Positions 52,647 through 64,000 of a stretch of 64,000 bases of DNA are shown here, piece after piece. The position numbers and the translations under genes were made by a program. Position 1 is the stretch's first letter. Every line of letters starts with the position of its first letter. The notes beneath the pieces were generated by a model that was not told the origin of the DNA, searched no databases, and saw only the letters and a program-made list of their open reading frames with translations. The DNA is from Chrysomallon squamiferum (lineage: Eukaryota; Animalia; Mollusca). The DNA is taken from contig CM022670.1 in the NCBI GenBank assembly GCA_012295275.1, positions 9,362,001 to 9,426,000 of the forward strand. Direction: 5' to 3'.

Positions 52647-55600
52647 ATATATAAATATATATAAATTGAAAAAAGACAATGACATTTTTGTTTAATCTAA
52701 GTAATTTTTTTTATTCCCAGCTATTGCAAACAATGAATGTCAACTAACAATGTGTATATTTTGATTAACATTCACATTTAATTGTTTTATTCATGTAACA
52801 AATTTGTCTCTGTGTCTCTTGTCATTTTCTAATGGAGCAGGAAGAAAAACTGAATAGTTTCAGATGTAATTAAGCGTAGACATTAATTATTAACTCTTCC
52901 CATTCAAAGACTCAAAACAAAATAGGCCAATAACAAATTAAAGTTTAAATATTTATTTTAATGTTATTTTTATATTGTTTTACTCAGAAGAAATAATGAA
53001 AAAAGAAATAAAATACTTCTTATTTTCCTCTTTTTTTTTTTAAAATACATTTTGAAAGAGAAAGAAAAAAAACATTATTCATATGAAATGAAAAGCAACT
53101 GACTTATGACTTTACATACATAAAAACAGTATCTTCTGACATCTTTATAACACATATTTCCTATTCTGTCCAAACCGCAGTCATAATATGCTAGTCACGT
53201 CCATAACAACCTTCATTGATATTCATACTGCATCTAGATTTGATGGTGATACTAATGCAAGCTTTGTTCTTTGTAATAAGGAATGTGCAAACAATCTGTC
53301 TTGAGATCAAATGTGAAAATAATCTGTGAATCAATAAATCATTGAAAAAAAGATCAGAACTGTTGTTTTGTTGCTTTTCTATTTTGGAGATGTTACACTG
53401 TGTTGCCCTTTAGTGTGAGGGATGGAAATGAATCTATTAAAATAATAATAATGTCGAGCATTTTATTTCAGTTGATTTTGTTTTTTCCTTATTTCTTTAA
53501 AATTATTATTATTTGTATTATGTATAAACAAAATTTACATGAAATAATAAAAAGACTTTTTCAAAATAAATTAATTTCAAAAAATTATTTGTGCACCACA
53601 GCTATGATTCCCAGCCACAGTTCATTGGAGCACTAGGGTTCAATAATAACAAAAATATAGAAAGAAGAATTATTAATAAATGAATATTCATTTATCCATT
53701 TACATCAATAAGACTGACAGCTCCTTGGTGCTTGGAAAAAAGTATTTTAAGTGTTCTGCAATAATAACAGTAAAAAGAAAACAAAAAGATTTGGAATCAC
53801 CATACTACTGTTTCTGTGTATGCTACATATAAATCATATATAATATATATGTAGGTGTATGTATGTGTGTATGTGTATATAAATATATATATTTTTTTCC
53901 AACCCTCAAAATACAAGTATTAATAACTGCATTTAACAAAACCATTTATCAACAAGTAAACAAAATAAAAAATAAAAAGAAAGTATGGTGTTATGCAAAG
54001 GTGGATTAGGGGCTTTTAATGATATATTTACATTTATTAAACTGTGAAAACTCTTTGCACTGGCAGAATACATTTCTTTCATTTGAAGCATACTACAGAG
54101 ATATGTTTATTTAGTTTTTGAATATGAATTATGTAACAGCATAAGATAAAGAAACTATAATATATTCAGTGAAATTTAAATTTAAATATAGATATAAATA
54201 AACCTTGAAAAAAGTCAACCCATGCAATTATAGTTTTAACCAAGCAAGTTTCCTACCTCCAAAAATGTACTTTATTCAATTACTGAAATGTGAGGTTGTT
54301 CAACCACTTACCAAGGAGAATCACCTGAACTGCAAACACTAAGCTAGACATAAACAAATAGCATGTACAGTAAATTTTATGTACAATTTTTTTAAATTGC
54401 CTTGTATCATGATTGAGCAAATAGAACAAATACAGACACATGCTCACAAAGAAGCAGACATAAAAAAATAAAACACACATAATCTTCAAAATACATTTAC
54501 CTGTCTTCACTTGTTTGTATAAATAACAATAAAACTATCATCAAACTTTAAATTGTATGATGATGTTAATGTCAAATTTTGTTCAGTTTATTAAAGAATC
54601 AAAAGAAATATAATTTTTTGACAAAACCAGTAAAAATGATATCTACTTCTAAACCCACAAAGTTCTTCATGACTAGGCTTTTAAATAAACTACTAATTAT
54701 TGTATTATATCTAAAAATCAAAAACAAAACAGCTTATTTAAGTATGTTATGTGGATTCTTGAACATATACAATGTGTCATGGCTGCTGGGAAATACTGAG
54801 CATACTGCTGTATGTATGCTGAACTGATAATTCACTGATGCTGCTAGCTTCATTCATTATTCACAGCATGTACAGAATAACAATTACAGCAATCAAATGT
54901 TAATGAGGTTAACATCCTCTTGTGGCTTATGATACTCTTAACCAGTCCACAGCATTCCTGAGTTAGGTTTGTATAAACAAGTGCAGGAACGTCATAACAC
55001 AATAGCATGTTTTCAAAGTATGGAATTAAACCTCAGTGACAAGTTAAATTTCCATTTTGTTTTAGTAAGAATGTTACAAATTGTGTGAACATTTCATTAA
55101 ATATCTATTCAAGGATGCCTCCAAAATGCATGTTGTATGAATGATTATCAAATATTGAACAGCTTTTTTTGTTGTATAATGATGTGACAGATAAAGCCTG
55201 CTGCTGTCACTAACAGATAACTCTTACTGATTAGAACAAGAAATCAGTAATACACCTTTCTTAACATAGAAAAGACTTTGTATAACCTTTGATAAACTTG
55301 TACAACAGATATATTTAATGAACACACATGAGGATTGATTTAATAACAAAATAAACATCTTTCCATTTCTAATCTAAAACTAACTGTCTAGAAAACTAAA
55401 ATTTGAAAGTGCATTTATCCCCAAAACATTGTTTGATATCTGAAATAACCCCCTTTTAAAAAAAATTAAATTGCACCTGCCATTTATCTTTAACAAATTT
55501 ATTACATCCACTGCTTTCACAGCTAATAACCGACAATAAAAAAGAGAACATTACAAAGACTCCAGTCATTTCAATTGATTTACAATTTTCACACTGTGAA

Positions 55601-56327
55601 TTAATCTACACACAAAATGTTTTAAAAAGAACTTATGATTCATAAATTTAAGCTATTCGTTTTCACATCTCATCTATTTTTCTTTCTTTTCTTTGTTCCT
55701 TATATTTTTATTTTTATTTTTATCAATGCATACACAAATTGGATAATAAATTTTCTGCTGGATTGACCCCGAATGTTGACATCCATGATCTTTCACATTT
55801 CATCTAGTCTAATCTATAGTCACTAAATGTGAACTTGTTTTACTCAGCTGAGACCCAGTGATGTAGAGAGCTTTCTTCCAAGTCATTAATCATTATTAAC
55901 GTGGAAGGCTTAATGTGCTAAATGAACTTGTACCACACATCTTTAATATGCTTTCCATCATGTTCTTGTTAAGACATGAATCGATACTCTTTATAACAGT
56001 TAGCACTCTACATGGAGTACTCGTAATTATATTCATCATCCTTTTATTGACAGGTAATATAACTGGCTATTAAAAAACGAATCTGTAAAATTTTCTTTAA
56101 CAAAATATATTAATAAGATTTAAAATGTTAATATCAAGTTATATGGTTTAAAAAATATTAATTTATATATTCTTTTCCTATGACTCAAGGTTCAAAAGTA
56201 TTGACTCACAGATGTGTAATGCTATAATTATTGCTGAATTAATTAAAAACATTTATGTAAACAACAATAATTTGTATTTCTTTTTTAATATTTAGCAGCA
56301 ACCAGCGAAATAAATAAATATTTTTTC

Positions 56328-56363
<36 letters not shown>

Positions 56364-58003
56364 GAAGTCATATTTTAATTATCACAGTATGTAAATATCA
56401 GTTATTTTCACTGCTGTTTTCAATATCAGTTTTGAATGATTTATGATGTTTGTGTCCCTTATGGATCACTAAATATGCATCTTTAATGTTTAAGCTCTTC
56501 AGAAATCTATTGCTCTAGCCATCATAACAGAGTAGTTATCATTTGGTGGATCATGCTGGATTTTAACATCAACTTAAATCAAAATGCATTCCGTTCTATT
56601 GATAGTTCTATCAAGAATTTTGAAAAACAAAATAAGAAAAAAAAGTAAAACTGTTACTTCTTTAAGAAATAGTTGTGTTGCCATCAAACTGAATCATTTA
56701 GTACCGTATCTGTTTTCACTGAACAAGAACTAAATTATTATTAAACATTCATATATCTATATAAAAGTGATCTGAGAACTTTCAAAAATGTTTTTATTAT
56801 AAATTAATTTTACAAAATTAAAATTTCAAAGGATGAACTTAACAACTACCAAAGATTTGTATATATAAAAACAGTACACACATTTTGCTACCTGATAAAT
56901 TTCTGCTGCTTGGAAAACATGCAAACATTTAGACTTAAAATAATACCTACATCATAGGCATTCATTAGAAGATATACCATTACTGTAGCCCATGGGAAAC
57001 ACATTACTTGAAGAAAACTTACTGGTTTTTTCATTGAACTATACTGAGTATATACAAACTCATAAAATAAAATGGAATAATGTTATCTCTGTTTTCCAAA
57101 TTTCGATTGTACAACTACTTACAACACTTAGTAGTAGCTATTTATCAAAATTTTATTCAACTGCGTATTAACGTATAGTGAGCTAATTACAAAGAAGTTG
57201 ATAGCCATATCTACACTTTTATACTAAACAAGAAAAGTAAATAGTCTGCTCTTTGTGACAACATACACACCAATCTTTTCCCTTTATGAAGTAAATACAT
57301 GTAAACACACCTGTATAGAGACAAACTGTATTTTCCTATAAATACTTAATGTCAAGATATGAAGTAAAGTGGGTAAATTCAATAGAATGACACATCATTT
57401 TTATAGCACCTTAGAAACACAGTTTTCTTTGCAGCTAAATAATATTTATTGAAACTAATAAATTAGAAAGAATTTCTGCCAGTTAAATAAAACAATTTTC
57501 CAACCAATTAATGTATTAACAGAATTTATAAAGTATTATCCATGAATATAGTTTGGGAAAATTTTATTCTGTTTATAAATTCCTTTAATAATATAATAAT
57601 AAAAAGTTCAATTTGCTTTATCACTTCAGTGCAGATCCAAATAATAATAATAATAATAACTATAAGAAGATGAAGAGAAAGAAGAAGAAATAAAAATGCA
57701 TTGGTAACAACACTTTTCTTTAGACTGACTGTAGATTCAAATACATACCAGAACACTAAAAAAAGTAAAAATATTTTTCTTCTAAACTTAACTTTCATTA
57801 ATAACAACTAGCCATCATTTGTTATCATATACACATTGACAACGTGCCTGTGACAGCGCTCTTTGACAAGATATCAAACAGGTATATTAATCAAGAAATA
57901 ACATAGTAACATAATTAACCATAACCAAAATTACAGGCATCAAAGGAAAACAAAATGAACATGTAGATTTGCAAACTGAATATAGTAAAAACTCTAAGAG
58001 AAC

Positions 58004-58034
<31 letters not shown>

Positions 58035-60842
58035 TATTATGTACTGTGCATGACTTATTAACAGACAGATTAAGGAAAAGAGTTTCAGAGTTATTACTTC
58101 TTTTATCATTAGATTAGAACATTAAGGACACGGAAATTACACATGTTTAGTATATTTTTATTCCAGTCAACATTCTGATTCTGTTGCGGCAATTTTTCTT
58201 TTCACTGCATGTTTTTGAATGTATGTGTAGTGCTTGTAAGCCTCAGCATAAATGTGTGTATGTGTGCTTTTGTGTGTGCATATATGCATGCTTATATCAG
58301 ACAGAGAAAGAAAAAATAATAAGGTATCTACATATAAAAGATTAATTACATACAAGAAACATACATTTATTTGTTTCAAAGGCTGGTATTACTGGAATAT
58401 GTTCGTTTTTTTGTTATTTTTGTTGTTGGTTTTTTTTTTTGTGTTTAAATTATTCTAGTTTATGTGGATATTATGTTGACTTATTCTGACAATCTGGAAT
58501 TGTCAACTTTCATAAACTAAAAATTAAAAAAAAAGGACTAGATGTAAGGTTAAGATCATTTCATTTCTCTGGGCTAGTGACTCATAAATACTGTATAAAA
58601 GAGCATGAATGCTAAGTGTCATCATACCTATGACAGTTTATTGTTTACTTTTAATTATCTTCAAAATATTCATGCAAATGCAAGGTCAATTTATTGGACA
58701 GACTGCTTTTCACACACCAGTGTTATATATATTTACACCAAATACTGTCACAAATTTTTTATTTAAACACTAAAATCTTTCCAGTGGCTCAGAAAAGGAA
58801 TATACATCTCATTAAAATCAAAATTCCGTATTCATTAATTATTAAGAAATATTTTTACTTTTTAATTCACATTATTAGTTTATCATAAAGAACTCTGATA
58901 GAAAATATCCAGTTGTGATATATACACATACCCTACAAAACTTTTAAATTTATCTCTTGTTTTATGAATTTTAATAATAATAATCTAAATATATATATGC
59001 CTATATATAATACTTTGAAGTTAAAATAAAAACAAATAAAAATTATCTCAATAACGTGCTTCAAAATACTAATGTTTAAATACCATTTATAAAATTAAAT
59101 GTTTGTAATGAATTAATCATTATGCATTAAAATTATGCATGTACATAATTGTTTTAGATGCAGATTTGTTATTTTGATGAACATTATTATATACTGACTT
59201 GAATATGTTTAGATTATAAAAATTATAAAAAAAAATAAAAATTTAACCATCATGACTTATTATTAAGATAATTAAACATAAAGTTAATTTTTCAAAGAAT
59301 TATTTAATTGAAATAATTAATAACTATTACCAGAGAGAATTTTATTATCAAAATTGTATCCAAATTCTGAATTAACTGAAATGGCTATCCATTTACTGCA
59401 TATAATGGTAATCAAAAAAATAATTTTCTTCTTTAATAATAACCAAAGTTATTACAGAAAACAAAATTACTTACGACTAAAACAAAACCCTGAAATTTGT
59501 GAGCAGTTTCAAATGTTAATAACAGACATTCTATCCAAGCTAAGTACAGCTGATTGTTTAAAAAAACAGTGAAAACAACCAATAGTCAAAATGAATTATC
59601 AGAACTGCCAATCAGGCCTTACTTAATCTAATCAGTCATAGTCTGACCTAAAGGACACCTGTAATCAAAACAGAGCAAACATGTCAGAAAATGACATTGA
59701 AGATAAGTACCCACAATTTAAAATAATACAGTTTTGCAAACCATACCCATGTCCAAAGATATCAGCAAACCAACATAATCTAGAGCAGTAACTTCCCATA
59801 ATTGCACTGGAATAAAGTCAATCTCTGGAACATTAACTTCCTATTAGAATAATATGGAACTGGTTGCTATTTTTGTTTTCTTGTGTTATAAATATCAGCT
59901 GTTTGCTGTTTTAAGACGACAGCAACTGAAGGCTGGGTATCAGTAAGTCAGTCCCACTAAGAGAAAATAATCCAAATATTGTTTTTCATCTTCTTGAAAT
60001 CATGAAAACAAACAGAGAGCCATCAAGAACAAAAAAATTGCTGCTGTCTTTACAGACAAACCACATCTAGATCTCACTAACAGGACAGCATGTAAAGACT
60101 TCAACAATATGGAACATTAAAGACACATTTATGTCACAACACAATATTATAGCCAAGTGATAAATATCTGCACACTGATGTTCAAAGAAAAAAACAAATA
60201 TTCCAGATGAACTGAAAACAGCTAAAAGGAAATGTCCAGGATGTTTGACACAGACAATGGGTTACTACTGTTAGAAGTTTATGTAGGAAAAACATAATTT
60301 TTTCTTAAATAACATATAATACTGTTTGTAAAAGCTGGAGTTTAATAACACCCATGTTCATACATACAAATAGTGACACACCCTGATAAGAAGATAAATA
60401 CAGAGTATTAAAAATAATTATGAAGAACAGATTACAAATTAGTAATATTTTTTGAATTAGTCTTTTATATTTCACACAAAATGGATAATTGTCAAAAATA
60501 CATTGCAACAATATATTACAAGTAAAAAAGCATTAAATAATGAGTAAAAATATAAATTACGTTCACTTTTTAAATTGGAAAATGAAATCAAAAGAAAAGA
60601 AAGAAAAAGATCATTTCTGTTCAGTAAATACTGAGTTTGAAAAGATTAAAACTGGAATGAAGATAAATAAATGTGCCATTCTCTGAAAGCAAAGAGAAAA
60701 ATTTTTGTTGCAAATACAACGATTGCTTTTAACACAGGTTCTCAATCTTTGTTGAAGCAGTAACAACAAGAACAGTGTTACAACCACAAAAGAATGTGTA
60801 TTTTAACAATTAGAACATGCAAAATAGAAACAAGTCACAAAC

Positions 60843-61023
60843 CCTCCATCATCATCGTCATCCTCGTCTGCTGTTTGTAAGGCTGGCGTTGACTTTGCCT
60901 TCTGCGTGACAATGGTTCCTTGTTGGTCATCTTTTGACTTGCTGCGTTTCCGCCCGCTCTTAAACAATTTCCTCATTACTTCAAATGGTTTGAATTTTCG
61001 TTTTTTGCCATCACCTTTCACGT
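60843..61023 (-). CDS. CRACD: CRACD/KIAA1211-family protein, first visible coding exon (basic N-terminal motif)
   Basis: cctccctgtttttcag|AC...GG|gtttgt; 181 nt, phase 1-2. (x)VKGDGKKRKFKPFEVMRKLFKSGRKRSKSKDDQQGTIVTQKAKSTPALQTADEDDDDDG(G); resembles the KKKSKFKTFKKFFGKKKRK N-terminus of vertebrate CRACD as I recall it. The start codon lies further upstream and was not identified. Confidence 0.82.
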
Positions 61024-62469
61024 CTGAAAAACAGGGAGGCACTATCAAGGTTACTTTGCATTCTACCAAAAAGAATCAACGTCATATATGTACATATGAC
61101 TGACTTGTAAAGTCAAAACAATAACAAATGCTGCTTTTAAATGTAATTATTAAATGAGTAGTCAACAGAACTGCAAAAATGTTTAAGATTAATAGAATTA
61201 ACCTTAAACAATAAGTAAAATTAACAGTGTTATATACAGATATTTTAATTTTCAAAATCTTTGGCAGTTTCTTTTACCAGTATAAACAAAAATATTTGTT
61301 ATGAACAAAGTGATTCCTTAACATGTAAATGTTCTGAAATGAAAAGATTTTTTAAACATTTTTCCAAAGTATGTTTTGTAGTTTGTTTTATAGATTAAAC
61401 AAGTTCATCCAATATAAATATTTAAATGCAGCTATAGTTAAAATTACAATTAAAAACAAATTTCTGTTGCAATATATATTTTTTTAAATAAAATTTCAAA
61501 CACTCAGCTGGTAGGATAGTATATTCCTGAAGACTTACTTGCTGAACTATGAGACCATTTTATTTCAGACTTGCAAGCTAATTAATATTCCCAACTGTTG
61601 CAGTAAATTACCAAAAATAACCCCTAAGTGACTGGTTCGTACTGATTAATGTTGTTTGGTTCATTAATAGAGTTACCCCTTTCCTTAACAAGGCCTCAGA
61701 TCTATAAAACAACTACATGATAAAATTGGGAACAAAAGGAAGCTGTGCTGTGATCTATGCCGAGGCATATCACTGTTGTTGTTGACTTCTAGGTATGAAC
61801 AGTCATCCAGTGCTTCTTGTGTGAGGATCAAAGAAGTAAACAATGTAACACTGGCCAAAGATGACACGCGCCCAAACTATGTCTGAGTCTTATTGACAAT
61901 TATGGGCTCAAACACACCATGTAGTTAATACTGCATTAAACTGATGAGTACCACATCTAGGGCTTTTTTAATACCATTTAGAAAAAAAATTGTTTCAGAA
62001 AGAAATATATGTGCATGTATGCTGTATGTGTTTCAAAATTACCTTACAAAACATTAAGTTATATATGTTTTAAAATGTGTTTTCTATATTTGTTTTTCTG
62101 CCATTTCTTGGTGTCATTTAAGAAAATATTTATGTCAAAAAGGAAAGTGCTGAATATATATATATGTGTGTGTCTTTGTGTGAGCATCTGCATCTGTATG
62201 ATGTATATATTTGAACAAGAATAAAAAATTGCAAAAAAAACTGGTAACTTAAAGAAAAAATCTCTTTATTTATTTTCATTTCAAGGATTTTTTTTTTTTT
62301 TTTAATTCTGTAAAGCAGCACTGAATAGCAAATCAAAATAAAGAACCTGCAGTAGTTTTTATTTCTTTGGGGAAGAAACAAAATGAAAAAACCTATTTGG
62401 GCTGTTGTTTTAACTTCACAACTTTTCAATCACTCTTACAGTAAATCAATATAGAATGACAGAATGATT

Positions 62470-62595
62470 CACAGTATCTGGCTAGGAGAATGTATAGGGT
62501 TATTTCTTTCTTGTCTTGTGGGAAAAGATATAAAAACATTCCTTCCAACTAACCAGTAAGAATGGCCCATGGAATGGCATTAGGGTTCTTCTAAT
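62470..62595 (+). mobile_element. Highly decayed SINE fragment (same family)
   Basis: CTTGTCTTGTGGGAAAAGATATAAAAACATTCCTT..CTAACCAGTAAGAATGGCCCATGGAATGGCATTAGGGTTCTTCT parallels the same core. Confidence 0.4.
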
Positions 62596-64000
62596 GCAAT
62601 TTAAACCAATATGTTTGAAAGTTAAGCCAATCAGTATCATGTATTTCTTTATTGTAACATTTTACTCCATTTGAATAGGTCCTTGTAGAACAAAATTAGC
62701 TTGGAAATTGATACAAAATTACATTATATATTTCACAGAAAATGTCTCTTATAAAATATACTGACTGGACAGTAATTTCATTAATGGATTATCGAATCTG
62801 AGTATGTATTCTTAGATTCAGGTTTTAATTTTAAAATCAGTATTTTCAGAACATTTTATAAAGAAAATTAAAATGCTTTTAAGATTAAACTGTTATGATC
62901 AAAATTAAAACTGTCATTTATTATTTCAATAATAGCGTGGTTGGCATGTGAATGTATTTACCTTTATTGACATTAATCAGGATAAATGAGAAAAAATAAA
63001 AATAAAAAAATAAAAAATAAAGATTAAACAATCAGCCTTAAATCTTGCTTCATATTCAAGAACCAGTTATTTTAGTTACCCATTAAAAAACTGTCAAGAT
63101 ATGGGCTTTTAAAATTTTATTTATTATCATTATGTTTTTGTTCTGTAATTTTCATTTATTGGGTTTGTTATTAATCCTATTATTATTTTTTTAAATAGCA
63201 AAATCATAGTCTAGACAATTTTTTTAAAAATCATGAAAACTTTTGTGGTAGGACATTGTCTATAATGTATCTATGTATGCAAATATGTATAGATGATAGC
63301 AGTTATAAAAAAAACTGTGTCACCGAATTTATAATACAACTTACAATAATGTATAAAGAGTTCTTTCATTTGAAACAAAATCTCATTTTTGATATGTCCA
63401 AAATAATTGAGTATGTTTTATAGAGATATTTTATTGTAAAGATGATGCAAACTTCTTTATATATTTATGTCAAGTTTACTAGGCCAAATTAAATCAAAGT
63501 TTCTATTTCATTTGGGTTTTTTTTTTCATTTTGCTTCAGCTTATGTTAATATTTACTTGTGGATACAACTATGTCAACTTGTTATGCATCCCAGTATGTT
63601 ATGTACACATTAATATATAATATTTTTTTAAATATCTATACCGTGAATCAATGAGATTCAAACATCTTATTTAAAAAGAAATAATATTAATAAAAATATT
63701 TGAAATCAGTACATTTTTACATGAATGTTTTACAAGTCTTCAGTTCTTCTTTAATTTCTTCAACAGAGGTTTAATTTTTTATCAGTGTTTACAAAGAGTT
63801 GTTTAAATTTGCTCTAACTTTTAGGTATATTTGAATAGAAAGGAACACAAACCACCGGGCTTTCCAATAAGTGCCAACTTTGTCAAACTAGCATCGAAAG
63901 CTCTCAGCAAAGCAAACCACCTGCCAAGTTCAACAATTCAATCAAGTTACTTCCTGCCCCTCATGCAGATGATATAGGTTAATGTCACACAGATATAAAT

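Noticed and set aside
54280-54510. Minus-strand ORF with strong donor TTG|gtaagt at about 54311 as an alternative CRACD exon
   Set aside because: Phase 1, incompatible with the phase-2 acceptor at 47729; the phase-2 reading creates TGA.
61539-61594. Minus-strand exon-like segment (caacag|...CAGCAA|gtaagt) upstream of CRACD exon 61023
   Set aside because: Contains a stop in the required frame; at most a non-coding exon, which I cannot support from sequence alone.

Overview
Eukaryotic (animal) genomic DNA, very AT-rich and dense in microsatellites. Degenerate SINE fragments resembling gastropod Nin-domain tRNA-SINEs suggest a mollusc, probably a gastropod (inference). Two convergent spliced genes were reconstructed by hand from GT-AG sites with consistent exon phases. 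(1) + strand: the 3' part of a GRXCR-family gene (glutaredoxin-like domain plus four CxxC motifs), exons 22592-22828, 26532-26597 and 27986-28174, with a candidate upstream 15-nt microexon at 18991-19005 followed by a cluster of RBFOX-type GCATG motifs. (2) - strand: a CRACD/KIAA1211-family (DUF4592) gene, 8 coding exons from 61023 to 39668 (about 977 codons, 5' end not found), with a coding 27-bp minisatellite. Also present: a Tigger4/MER46-like pogo MITE, SINE relics, a 21-bp minisatellite, an old intronic tandem duplication, and a sharp CpG-rich to CpG-poor transition near 33.5 kb. Nearly all other ORFs in the track are microsatellite artefacts. I found no prokaryotic systems or CRISPR arrays and no clearly novel multi-gene system; the best leads are isoform-level and TE-level.
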